A stretch of DNA of 64,000 bases from Vicinamibacterales bacterium (GTDB lineage Bacteria > Acidobacteriota > Vicinamibacteria > Vicinamibacterales > JAMQPK01), in the NCBI GenBank assembly GCA_963811435.1, contig CAWERD010000004.1, positions 46,005-110,004 of the forward strand. Direction: 5' to 3'. A program made the translations under genes and the position numbers. Under the pieces are notes generated by a model, which saw only the letters and a list, made by a program, of their open reading frames with translations, was not told the DNA's origin and ran no database searches. Below, one piece after another: positions 26,586 through 37,853 of the stretch (positions are counted from its first letter, which is position 1; each line of letters begins with the position of its first letter).

Positions 26586-27557
26586 TCACCGCACTGCGAT
26601 CGGCGCGACCGTCGACCCGGTTGCCCCTTGAATCTTCAGCGGCTGGACGATGAGCGCGAACTCGTAGACCTGCTTGCCGGCGAGCTCGTCGAGCTTCAGG
26701 TTTTCGAGCAGATGGATGCCGTTGACGACGAGCGCGATCTGATGGACCGGGTTGTTCAGGTTCGGATCGGGATCGGGCGTGACGCCGACGGGCCCGTTGT
26801 CGGTGCCGATCAGCATCGGATCCTGTTTCGCCAGCCACTCGGCTGCCGCGGTCGTCAGGCCGGGGTTCGTCTTCAGATAGCGCGCGCCATCTTTGTCCCA
26901 CAGACGGCCCCAGCCGGTGTTGACGATGACGGCGTCGCCGGGCTGCAGGGTGAGCTTCTGGCGTTGCAGCGCCGGCTGCAGATCGTCGACGGTGATCGGA
27001 TAGGTGTCGGGCAGCATCTCGACACCCTTCAGCGCCGCGACGTCGATCAGCACGCCGCGCGTGATGAGCGAGCCGACGTGCTCGATGCCGAGCTTCGTGA
27101 AGCCGCTGCGCGTCGCGACGTCGTCCATCTTCACGCAGTTGTAGAGGCTGTCGCCGATGGTCTGGTGCGTGAAGCCGTCGAACTGCGTGCCCACCTGGCC
27201 CATCTCGGTGAACACGATCTCTTCGTTGCTGCCGCGGCGGTTCGAGCCGGCGTTCATGGTCGTGCGCTTGGTTTCCATCTCGAACCGCCGGCCGACCGAG
27301 AACGGCATGTCGGTCTTGAGCACGCGCCCGAGCTCGAACACTTCGCCGGTGCGGATGAGCCGCGACGGCGCGCAGCACGTCTCGGGCTTCATGTGATTGC
27401 CCGACGCCGCGCTGGTCGGCCGCGCCCCACTTCGACGGGCAGCGTTGGGCGTCGGGCGGCGGCTGCCAGGACTGCGCATTCGCCCTGGCGATACGACGCC
27501 GAGCGACAGAGCGATCAGAACACCAGCAACGCGCATGGCTGTGCCTCTTAAGATCAC
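26586..27557 (-). CDS. cyclase family protein paralog (N-terminus probably frame-shifted)
   Basis: C-terminal 250 aa align with 7842-8828 (…HQIALVVNGIHLLENLKLDELAGKQVYEFALIVQPLKIQGATGSTVAPIAVR); the N-terminal 70 aa are low-complexity, which suggests a frame problem. Confidence 0.65.
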   Translation of the reverse strand: MILRGTAMRVAGVLIALSLGVVSPGRMRSPGSRRPTPNAARRSGARPTSAASGNHMKPETCCAPSRLIRTGEVFELGRVLKTDMPFSVGRRFEMETKRTTMNAGSNRRGSNEEIVFTEMGQVGTQFDGFTHQTIGDSLYNCVKMDDVATRSGFTKLGIEHVGSLITRGVLIDVAALKGVEMLPDTYPITVDDLQPALQRQKLTLQPGDAVIVNTGWGRLWDKDGARYLKTNPGLTTAAAEWLAKQDPMLIGTDNGPVGVTPDPDPNLNNPVHQIALVVNGIHLLENLKLDELAGKQVYEFALIVQPLKIQGATGSTVAPIAVR

Positions 27558-29399
27558 CAGTTCACTAGATCTACCAGTTCAACAGTTAGTTCGTTCTCTT
27601 CACCTTCGCGCTCGGCGTTTCGTCGGTCGGCGAGATCGCCAAGGAGGTACTGAATCGCGGCCAGCAGATGGCCCGTCCAGCGCTTGTCGGTGTACATGAT
27701 CGTCGTGTGGCCGAGCGGCGTGAAGTACGTGCGGCCCTTGCCGTAGCCCTTCACCCACGCCACGCCGTAATCCTGATCGGGCCGCGTGCTGAGCTCGCTG
27801 AAACGCCCGCCGAATCCGCGATCGGACTTCTCGACGTCGATGCTCATCAGCACGTGCTGCTTCTCGCGCGAGTACGGCGAGTACGGCGGGAAGATGTAGA
27901 ACTCGTCGGTGTGCGTGAACGGCTCGCTGCCGAACGGCTTCATGAGCGGGCTGTTCGGATCGTCGATCTTGAGCACCTGCTCCTCGACACGGTGCTGCCC
28001 CGCCCAGCCGCCCATCATGTCGGCAAACTCCGGCCAGTTCAGGTTCGCGTAGGTCACGGCGTGGTTGCCGCCGAGGCCGCCGCCTTCGCGCACGAAGCGC
28101 AGGATGCCCTCGCGCACCTCGGGATCGTTGTGCACCATGCCGCACACGTTGTTGAAGAACACCGCGTCGAACTCCTTGATCTTCGGATACTTCAGCAGCT
28201 CCGGATCGTTGCTGAACGTCGCCTCGAACGCGCCGGTGTACTTCGCCATCAGCTCGATCATGTAGTTGCCGTGCGGAATCGTGCTGTGGCCCGAATACAT
28301 CTGGATGTCGGTGACGAGCAGCTTGCGCGGACGCGCCGGCTTCGCCGGCGCCTGGCGCGGGATGGCCGCGTCGATCTGCGCGCGCATCGCGGCGTCGAGC
28401 CGATCGCCGCCGCGAATCTGGCCGGCGGGCGTCTTCAGCATGTCGTTCACGCGCGCCGACATCGCCGGCCACATCACGCGCTCGAACGCCTGCAGGTTCT
28501 TCACCATGTCGGCTTCGGTCGTGCCCGGTCGACTCGACGGTGATCGACAGCGGCTTGATGCCCGCCTCTGTACGCCGCGAGGAAGAAGTCGCCGACGCCC
28601 GCGGCGCCGTCGCCAAGCGCCACCACGCGCGCGCGCGCGTTCAGCGCGCTGCGATCGGCGGCCGTGACGTGCAGCAGCCTGCCCTTCACGATCGCGAGGC
28701 CGTCGACCGCCTTGATGCCGGCCTGCGCCCAGCCGCCGAGATGCGCGCTCACGCCCATCCGCTTGCCGCGCCCTTCGAGCGCGGCCATCACGGCCTTCGG
28801 ATCGCCCTTGCTCTCGAGCGCGACGTTGATGTCGAATTCCTCGGCAAGCTTGTCGAGCTCGGCAGGATTCGCGGCATCAGCGCTCGTGATGATCAGCGGC
28901 GCGTTGATCGACTTCGCGAACTCGAACACGCGGCGGCGCATCGCGGCGTCGGCGCCGATGTTGTCGACGCGATACGCCATGATCGACTCGGCGATCTCGC
29001 GCAGGCGATAGACGACCGCGGCGCGCTCGTTGGCCTGAAGACGCTGATCGAGCGGCTTGGGCACTTCGAAGCTGGTGATCTGCGTGCTCGACGCCTCGAC
29101 GCTCGCGACGGGGATCACATCCGCCTTGGCGAGCGCGTCGGAGAACGTCATCCCTCGAAACGCCGCCGTCGGCAGCGCGACGCGCCAGCCGAACCACATG
29201 TTGTTGTCGGGGGCGCCCATCCGAATCGTCGCGAGCCCGCCGCCGTTGGGCCGCTTCGACACCGACGGCACCGGCGGCGGCGCTGCTGTGCCGCGCCACC
29301 GCCGCGGCCGCCTCTGCCGCCGCCCTGCCCTTGCCCGCCGGCTGGTGCGGGCGCTTGCTGTGCGAAAGTGGCCGTCAGGCCGAGCGCCATCGTCAACAC
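27554..29399 (-). pseudogene. TIM-barrel (sugar-phosphate isomerase/epimerase-like) + ThuA-domain fusion protein, paralog with 2 frame changes
   Basis: Signal peptide frame 29148-29399, middle frame 28501-29418, ThuA frame 27554-28507. Same architecture as 58177-60019 (PRKLLVTDIQMYSGHSTIPH vs PRKLLVIESLEGMSHNTIPH). Confidence 0.6.
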
Positions 29400-29470
29400 G
29401 AAGATCGCCGCGAAACACGTGTTCTCATGTGATGTCCCCTTGAAGCTGATGAATGTCGGCTGAAACGCGC

Positions 29471-29970
29471 CTAGTTTACCGCTAAAGCGCAGCTCAGACG
29501 CTTCAGGAGCTGAATCTGGCCGGCGTGGTAGAGGTCGTGGGCGGCGACCCCCGAGAGCAGCGCGAAGTTACTGACTTTCTTTCCCGGCGGCGTGCGCGAC
29601 AGGTCTTTCGCCGACAGCCGCATCACGGCGGCCCGCAGCGCGTCGTGCATGTCGTCGAGCAAATGCGAGATCGGCCTTCCACGCCTTGTCGGCCGATGCG
29701 GCCGACATCGACGGGCCGCTGAAACCAGTTCGATCCCTTCAGCGGAAACGACCCGCGCGCGCCGCCCGTGAATCTGCGGGCCGCCGCGTACTTCCAGTAG
29801 GCCGCATGGACGACGATCTCCCAGATGTTGTGGCGGCCGGGTCCGGGCCGCCACGCAGCCTGCGCCGGCGTCACGCGCCGCACCGACCCGCGAAGGTTCG
29901 TGCCGTGCCACGACGGTTTGTTGTACGCCTGATCGAGGATGGCGAGAAGCTGGCTGACTTCCGGATTCAT
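29471..29970 (-). CDS. DinB-family-like protein (one frame change), reads in frame with the upstream M28 peptidase
   Basis: [30 protein letters not shown]...[13 protein letters not shown]..., then a frame change, then ...[14 protein letters not shown]; no stop codon separates it from the peptidase C-terminus. Confidence 0.5.
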
Positions 29971-31567
29971 CGTGCGCTGGTCGTTCTGGGGTGGGCGCTT
30001 CGGCATCTCGCCATTCGAGAACCGCGGCAGCAGCTCGTCGCGCGTGGCGAGATGATAGACCGTCGCCGCGAGCACGATCGCCGACTTGATCACGTCTTCC
30101 TCGACGACGCGCTCGTAGGTATCGAGGTTGCTGTGCCACGTGTAGTTGTCGTACTCGATGGGATCCTGCCGCATCTGATGCCGGGCAGGCCCGCTTCGTT
30201 GAAGCACCGGAGTCGATCGGAGTTCGCTGACTGCCGGCTCGCTTGGCGTTCGCGCCGAGCACACCCAGATCCTTGAACGGCGCCAGCGCCTCGCGCAGCG
30301 CGACCGCGGCGGCCGGCGGACCGAACACAGTCATGTAGCGCACGCGGCCGGTGCCGTAGTCGATGTTCACGTAGCGCCGAAGCTTGCCGTACGCCGGCTT
30401 CGGCTCTTCGAACGAACCGAAGTGCTGGCGCAACATACGCGCGCGATCCGCGCAGGCCCTGCTCTTCGCCGCTCCAGAGCGCGAGGCGGATCGTGCGGCG
30501 CGGCTCAATGCCGATCGCCTTGAGAATGCGGACGGCTTCCATCGCCACGGCGCACCCGATGGCGTTGTCCGTGGCGCCGGTTGCCGCATGCCACGAGTCG
30601 AGGTGGCCGCCGAGCATCACGACTTCGTCGGTCGCACCGGGGATCTCCGCGATCGCGTTGTAGCTCGTCCGGCCTTCGGGATACATGCGATTGACGATAT
30701 CGAACTCGAGCTCGACCGTCTCGCCTGTCAGCGAGCAGCCGCGAGATGCGTCCGTAGTCCTCGTTGCGCAGCACCACGGTCGGTATGGCTTTGCCCGGAT
30801 CGTAGGTGTTGTTGGCAAACGCGCGGATCTGACCGTGGTCGCGGCCGGCATCGTTCACGCGCACGAGCGCGCCGTTGCGATCAGGAATTCATACACCTGC
30901 GCGTTGAGTTGAGTGTTCGTCAGCGGCTGACGCTCAGGTGGCAGGGCATTCTGCGCGGCGGCTGCGGGCCCGGCGCCACCGGACCGCGCGGGCGCTGCGT
31001 TGAGTATCTGAAGCACGTCGCTGTCATCGCGGCGCTCCGGCATGTCGTTGAACGTCACGGAGACCTGCTGATGCGCGCCGACCAGCACGATTCTTTCCTC
31101 TGACCGTGTCTCGCAGCGCGTCGAGATGGATCGTGAGCTCTTCCTTCGTCGGACGCACCGGCAAGCGTGATCTGCACGGCTGCGGCCTTCACCGGGCCAT
31201 TCGTGCCCGGCGTCCATGCAAGCGCTTCTGCGACGAGCTGATCCTTCACTGGCGAGATGATGTGGGCGGCGAGCCGCTCGTTGAGCCAGCCGGGATAGCC
31301 CCAGTCCCACGGCTCCAGGCGGCCGTTCTGCAGCCCCCACGACTGGAGCTGCGTGATGGCCCACTCGCCCGCCGCCTTCAGATTCGGCGATCCCGTCGGT
31401 CGCGGGCCATAGCGATCGGTCAGCACGTGAGTCGTGCGCAGAATCTGCGAGTCCGTCGCCGCTTCCTGCCGGATTTTGCCGTAGATGTCGTGGTCGACGC
31501 GCTCTTCGGCGCGCAACGACACGAAGACCGCCGCGAGCAGTACCACGACGACTCTTCCGACTCTCAT
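29971..31567 (-). pseudogene. M28 family zinc peptidase, several frame changes
   Basis: Start [18 protein letters not shown] at 31567; core ...[32 protein letters not shown]...[16 protein letters not shown]...; C-terminus [18 protein letters not shown]; pieces are spread over three frames. Confidence 0.65.
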
Positions 31568-31581
31568 GACTCCCCCGACTC

Positions 31582-32512
31582 TTATGCGTCCGGACTCTTC
31601 CCAATCAATTTCATCGCGAGCGCAATCATCGCTCCGACATCCGCCACATTGGCGGGCAGCACGATCGTGTTGCCTTTCTTCGCGAGCTCGCCGAACTGCC
31701 CGATGTACTGCTCGGCGACGCGCAGCTGCACGGCTTCCTGGCCGCCCGGCAGCTTGATCGCTTCGGCGACGCTGCGGATGCCTGCTGCCGTCGCGGTCGC
31801 GACCGACGTGATGGCCGCGGCCTCGCCCTTCCGCCTCGTTGATCTGCTGCAGCTTGCGGGCCTCCGACTGCTTGATCACTTCCTGCTTCATGCCTTCGGC
31901 GGTGTTGATGGCCGCGTCGCGCGTGCCTTCGGAAGTGAGAATCACCGCGCGCTTCTCGCGCTCGGCGCGCATCTGCTTCTCCATCGCCGCGAGAATGTCG
32001 GCGGGCGGCGTGATGTTCTTGATCTCGTAGCGCAGCACCTTGACGCCCCAGGCCTCCGACGCCTTGTCGAGCTCGCTCACGACCTGCGTGTTGATGTTGG
32101 TGCGCTCCTCGAACGTTCTGTCGAGATCGATCTTGCCGACCTCGCTTCGAAGCGTCGTCTGGGCGAGCTGGCTGATCGCGAACATGTAGTCCGAGATGCC
32201 GTAGGAGGCGCGCTCGGGATTCAGCACCTTCAGGTAGAGCACGCCGTCGACGCCCACCTGCACGTTGTCGCGCGTGATGCAGACCTGCGCCGGGATGTCG
32301 ACGGCGATCTCCTTCAGCGAATGGCGATAGCGGATGACGTCGACGAACGGCAGCAGCACATGGAAGCCGGCGTTCAGGATGCCGTGAAAGCGCCCGAGCC
32401 GCTCGACGACGTACGCGCTCTGCTGCGGAACGACGACCGCCGTCTTCGCAATGATGATGAGCACGAGGAACGTGAGGATCAGCAACGCGAGCAGGCCACC
32501 GGTCATGAGCGC
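31582..32512 (-). CDS. SPFH/band-7 stomatin-like protein (one frame change ~31800)
   Basis: [22 protein letters not shown]...[24 protein letters not shown]...; C-terminus recovered by a 1-nt shift ...[81 protein letters not shown]. Confidence 0.8.
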
Positions 32513-32980
32513 TCTCTTTCTGGTTTGAGAAAAATCATCAGCCGATCGACGTCGACCACCTTGCACCGCTCGCCGCGCGCGAGCTGGCGCCGTGTCCTGG
32601 TTCCGCGCCGACCAGACCGTGCCGCGCAGCTCGGCGCGGCCGACGGCGCCCGCGGGAATGTCCTCGAGCGGCAGCGCGATATCGCCGACGAGCGAGTCGA
32701 CGTCCTTGCCCGGGCCGTCGAGCTGCATCCACTTCAGCAGCGGGCCGCGAAAGAACAGCAGCGAGCCGATCGAAATGCCGAAAACAGCACCAGCTGCACC
32801 CAGACGGGCCCCGCCACAGTCGAGCACGTGGAGCCCGGCGATCGCCAGGGCGGCGATGCCGAAGAAGATGACGTAGAACCCGCCGGACGCCGCCATTTCG
32901 AGGGCGACGAGGATGAGGCCGATGACGAGCCAGTGCCACCAGAGCATCGGGCGTGACTCATTCGTGAGTCGAAACGTCAT
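32510..32980 (-). CDS. NfeD family membrane protein (one frame change near the C-terminus)
   Basis: TM N-terminus [39 protein letters not shown]; OB-fold C-terminus ...[23 protein letters not shown] recovered by a 1-nt shift; TGA overlaps the stomatin ATG. Confidence 0.65.
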
Positions 32981-33018
32981 CCCTCGACTTCGTTCTGGAC
33001 GGACCGCTAGAAAATGAC

Positions 33019-34993
33019 TTGGCCGGGAGGCTCATGTCATGGACACTCCTGCGTGATCATGAGCGGGCTTTCCAGCAACCCATCTGGCGTATCTCTATCG
33101 GATTCTTTGCGCCCTCTGCGCTCTGGCGGCAGTCTGGGCGATCTTGCTGTGGCTCACCGGCGGATTTCGTGTGGAGCTCGCAGGGCTTCGAATTGCATCT
33201 CAACGGCCCCGCAATGCTGTAGTGATCTCGCTTGTTTTGCGCGATGCTGGCGTGGCTGCTGTCGTTCTTGCCCGATGGGCGCACCACCTTCCTGAGACGA
33301 ATGGTCGCGCTGGCGGCGCTGGTATGCATCGACGAACATGTGGCGAGGACGCGCAGGGCGCGTCGTTTAGCATCGCCACGTCAGCCGTCACGATAGCCGT
33401 CGCCGCCATAGCCATCGACATCTATCAGTGGCGTGGCGCGCTCCCGTTGTGGGTCGACGAGGAAGATGATCGCGCTCAATGTTCGCGACCGCTCCATGGG
33501 AGATCTTGCCGGCTCCCTGTGGCTCGGACAGAGCGCGCCGTTCGGATGGCTGGTTCTGGAACGCGCGGCCATGACCGTCCTGGGAACCGGGGAAACGGCG
33601 CTGCGAGCCGTGCCGCTGCTTTTCGGGATAGCGACTGTCGGCGTGGCTGTGTGGGTCGGTCGACGGTGGATGGGGCGGATTGCCGCCGCGGTTTTTGTCC
33701 TGCTGTGCTGGATCAGTCCCCTGCTGTCGCACTATCGTTTCGAGGTCAAGCACTACACGGCCGATATCCTCTTCGGATTGCTGCTTCCGGCTCTCGCTGT
33801 GTGGGCGATAGAGGCAGACCGCTCAGAGGACCGCGCGCGACGTGTATGGCTGTGGTGGATCGCAGCCGTCGCCGGCCATTGGGTTTCGAACGGTGCGTTG
33901 CTCGTGACTCCTGCGTGCGCGATCTTTCTGTCTGTTGCGGTCTGGCGGCGCGACGGTGGACGCGCCGCGGCATGGTTCGTCACTCGGTGGATTGATGTGG
34001 CTCGCCTCGTTTGGGCTGTACTATCTGATCTCCCTCCGCTATACCCTCAACAGTACGTACCTGCGATCGATGTGGAGCACGGAATTGCTTCCGCCATCCT
34101 TGGGGCTGACAGGCACCATGCAGTGGTTTCTCGATCGTCTCGAGCCTCTGGCCCTCAATCCGGGTGGTACCGGTTTGTGGACAATTTTGTGGGCGTCGGC
34201 AATCTGTGGCTGGGCATTCGGTATCAGGCGCCCATTGGGCATCGTGCTCGCGGCTGTTCCCGTGTCTGCCTTCGCATTCGCTGCCGTCGTTCCGTTGCAC
34301 CAGAGATTCTCGATCTGGATGGTCCCGGCGTTATACGCCGGCGTGGCCCTCCTGATCGACCGTGCCATTAGGCTTGGAAGCGATGCCGTTGCCCGACGGC
34401 GATGGGCGCTGTTGGCCGTTGCGTCGCTTGTTCTTGCTCGTTCAGTTTCGACTCTGCGCAGACATTCTCACGCGCGGAAAGAGTGGATCTCGACGGACGG
34501 CGTCGCAGCACTGATAAGCATCAACTCGATGACAGGGCAGCCGTCCGATGGCTGATGAGTCAGTGGAAGCCTGGCGACGTTCTGATGACGACGCATCTGG
34601 CGCTGTCGGCTGTGTGGTGGTACGGGATGATTCCGATTTCAGACGAAGCTGGAAGCGGCAGTGTCCTGCGTGATGGAAGTCCCAGTTTACGAATTGGACC
34701 TCACCACCGACTGCCTCTCACAGCAATTCGAGGATGCCGTGAAAAATCAGAGTCGCGTGCTCCTGTATCTCGGATTCGACGTCATTCCAGGCTTCGATCG
34801 TGTGTTGCTGACCAATCTCGCGCAGTTCGGCGGAATGAGTGCGTACCGGGAATTCAGCCAGTTGGGCCTGGCGGCCGTGATTGATTCGCGCACACCGGCG
34901 TCCGGCAGCAACATGCGACTGAAAAGGACGACCACTTCCGAACAGGTCGATCGTGCTGGTTGCATAAGCGTGCGGCGCGCGGCGCGCTGGTGA
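33019..34993 (+). pseudogene. large polytopic membrane protein (GT39/ArnT/PMT-like glycosyltransferase suspected), at least 3 frame changes
   Basis: Consecutive plus-strand pieces 33433-34371, 33935-34555, 34402-34884 and 34661-34993 carry many TM segments (…LLFGIATVGVAVWVGRRWMG…WLWWIAAVAGHWVSNGALL…). Confidence 0.4.
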
Positions 34994-35088
34994 GCGCCTG
35001 AAGCACCGGACTGGTCTGGCGCGATTTCCACGTACGTAGTGTCCGCCTTCAGGCGGACCTCGTGAGTCCGGCTAAAGCCGGACACTCC

Positions 35089-35589
35089 TTAACTGAAAAC
35101 CCGCTCTATCAGGATTTCATCGATGTAGCGGCCGTCGATTCGGGCGTGGCGCTCGGCCTTCCCGACGACGCGGAAGCCCTGGCGCAGGTAGGTCTGCAGG
35201 GCTGCCTCGTTGTCGGCCCGCACATAGGTGAAGAATTTCTCGTAACCCTTCCCGCGCGCGGCCTCGAACGTTGCCGCGAACAACTGCGTGGCAATGCCCT
35301 CTCGGCGGCGATTCAGATCGACGAACGTGCCGATGACGCCCACGTGATCGAAGGCGGGGGTGAAGTCACCAAACGGCGAGACGTCCTGCAGCCCGACCAC
35401 GCGATAGGACGCGCTGTCGACCGCGACGAGAAAAATGCCGCGCCGTGGAAAGGTGCGGATGAAATGGCGCTGTTCGTCAACCGTGAACTGCGTGTCGAGC
35501 GCGGTGTAGATACGTGCCGCGATGATCGGATTGAGGATCGCCACCATGTCTTCGGCGTCCTCGATCCTGGCTTCCCGAATCTCGATCAT
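35089..35589 (-). CDS. GNAT family N-acetyltransferase
   Basis: 166 aa; MIEIREARIEDAEDM...; acetyl-CoA motif region …GVIGTFVDLNRRREGIATQLF…. Confidence 0.85.
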   Translation of the reverse strand: MIEIREARIEDAEDMVAILNPIIAARIYTALDTQFTVDEQRHFIRTFPRRGIFLVAVDSASYRVVGLQDVSPFGDFTPAFDHVGVIGTFVDLNRRREGIATQLFAATFEAARGKGYEKFFTYVRADNEAALQTYLRQGFRVVGKAERHARIDGRYIDEILIERVFS

Positions 35590-35599
35590 GCGTTGTTAC

Positions 35600-35665
35600 A
35601 GAAGACCAGAAGATCAGAAGTTTTCTTTTCGAAAGAATTCTTCTGATCTTCTGATCTTCTGTTTC
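35600..35665 (-). terminator. hairpin (arms CAGAAGATCAGAAG / CTTCTGATCTTCTG) around a TTTTCGAAAGAATTC core
   Basis: Seen directly; sits between the true stop (35671) of the upstream gene and the GNAT start (35589). Confidence 0.55.
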
Positions 35666-35670
35666 CGTCA

Positions 35671-37840
35671 TCACTTCGCGAGCGGATCCGGACGCACCTG
35701 GAAGTGCATCACCTTGCTCGTCGTGCCCTTGCCCGTTTCCATGTGGAATGGCGCGCGGGTGCTGATCGTCGCCCACAGGCCCCTGTCCCTTCCAGCCGGC
35801 CTTGTCATTGTCGATGCGTCCGTCCATCCACTTCGTGTAGAACCCGAGCGGATACGGCACACGCATCACGACCCACTTGCCGTTATTGAACGCCAGCAGG
35901 GCCTCGGACGCGTTGCCGGTGTTAATCGGCGTGTTCGCCCCGAGCCCTGAAGTGTTGAACTGATCGACCCACGTGTAATAGCTGCCCTCGACGCTGCCGT
36001 CGTCGGTCACACCTTTGAACTGCGGCGCGGGCTCAGAATAGAACGTCCAGCCTTCGGGACAGTGCTGGCCGGTTGCCTTGGGACCGTTCAGCGGCCCTTT
36101 GCACTTGCGGCGATCGAAGCTGGCGAGATGCCCGCTCGACAACGCCGCCCACAAGACGCCGTTGCGATCGACATCGCCGCCGCGCGGTGAGAACCCGCGG
36201 ACGTCCGCTTTCGGATCGGTCACCGCCGGCAGCTCGTAAATTTCGGTCAGCGCTGTCTCGGAAGGATTCGATCCGGGCACCACACGCATGATCGCGCCAG
36301 GGAAGCTGAGAGACGTCCCCCAGATCGAGCCATCGGGCGCCGGCGACGCCGCGTAGAACGGCGAGTTGATGCGGCGATCCTTGGTGGGATCGGCCGGCGC
36401 ATCAGGCTCGGTCCACGCGTCGCGCTTGCCGTTGCCATTGGTATCGACGACGAGCGGCGTCCATCCCTGCGACGCAACCTCGTCGCCGGTCTGGTCGAAC
36501 ATCTTCGTGTTGAGCCAGCCGATCACAGGACCACCGCCGCTCGTCCAGAGCGTGCGGTTGGCGTCCTCAGCGAACATCAAGTGATGTGTGGCGTAGCACG
36601 TTCTGATGTGCGTGAGCTTCTTGGTCTGCGGGTCGTACATCTGCAGATGACGGCTCGCGTTGTTGACGGGAAACGCCTTCGCCGACGGATGAGTCGAGCC
36701 CTGTTTACAGAACGCAGGATTGTCGAATGGCGACACCGCCGAGGTGAGCCACAGCCGGCCGCGTTCGTCGAGCATCGGGTTGTGCACGTTGTTCTTGCTC
36801 GTCCAGATAACTTCGTCGCCCCAGTACGGAGAAGGCTGCGGCATCTTCGGATTGGTCGGCGGCGTGTTCGGATCGCGAACGGTCAGCGGAACGCGGCTGA
36901 CCGTGTGTTTGACCGGATCCAGCACCGGCACGTAGTCGGAGCTCAACTCGAGCGAGCCATAGAGCGGCCCATACGGATTCAGGCGCGGATTGCGGCGATC
37001 CGTCGAGACCGAATCATGCAGATACGACTTCGGATCGGCCCAATCCCACTGAGTGATGACGATGCTGCGTTCGATGCCGCTCGGCCGCGGCGGCGCGGGA
37101 GGCACCTCGCCTCCGACGACGCGGTTCGTCCAGTCCGCGAACATGTCCAGCACGCGGCGCCGTCCGAACGCGTTGAGGCCGTTGCTCATCTGCGCGCCCG
37201 CCTGACCCGACAGAACGCGTCGATCCCAGGCCGCGTTCATCGACGCGAACTTTCCGAGCTCCACGGGAATCTCGCGTGTTGCCTTGTTTCCGAGCGCATG
37301 ACACGCCGTGCAGCCACCCGACTTCAGGCTGCGCAGCCACATCGCCTGGTTTCGCATGTTCTCCGAGATACCGTTGCCGGTATCGCCCGTGCCCGGGAAT
37401 TCGCTCTTGTCGGGCACCTTCATCAACGAGAGCCACTGGCTTGCCGGGTAGTACTGAGCCGCCGCATGCGGATTGGGCGCGACAACGGCCTTGAGGTCGA
37501 GAATCTTGCCGGGCACCGCCTGCGTTTTCGGCGAATCGACGAGTCCGTACCCGCGCACCCACACGCTGTAGCTCGCCTTCGGCATATCGGGAAGGAGATA
37601 CCGGCCGCGCTCGTCTGTCACGACGATCTTCGCGAACTTCGTCGGCAGGTCGTTCGTCTCGGCGATGACCCAGACGCCGGCTTCAGGCCCTTTCGGCCCT
37701 GTGACCGTGCCGCCCAGATCGTCGTTGTCGATTGGAATGGCGCCGCCGGCCTGCCGCGCGCTCGTGGAATCGCGCGCGGCGAACAAGAGGACGATGGCTA
37801 TGCCCGCGACGAACAAGTACGACAACCGCAGAGCTCTCAT
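35671..37840 (-). CDS. secreted CarboxypepD_reg-domain protein with a single CxxCH haem-binding motif and a large C-terminal (beta-propeller-like) domain
   Basis: Signal peptide; GTVTGPKGPEAGVWVIAETNDLPTKFAKIVVTDERGRYLLPDMPKASYSVWVRGYG; CTACH. The true C-terminus ...GWKGRGLWATISTRAPFHMETGKGTTSKVMHFQVRPDPLAK* is in frame 35671-35862 (one frame change ~35770); the annotated ORF reads through the terminator. Confidence 0.6.
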
Positions 37841-37853
37841 ACAGCCTCCTCTA

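Noticed and set aside
29971-31604. Possibility that the 31055-32980 ORF is one giant 641-aa NfeD-SPFH-peptidase fusion
   Set aside because: Internal start codons with RBSs, ATGA overlaps and a recoverable canonical stomatin C-terminus show three separate genes that are joined only by frame errors.
35477-35670. C-terminal ~65 aa of the annotated 787-aa ORF (…MTETEDQKIRRILSKRKLLIFWSS…), overlapping the GNAT gene by 112 bp
   Set aside because: It is a translation of the terminator hairpin and GNAT region caused by a frame change near 35770. The true C-terminus is in frame 35671-35862.
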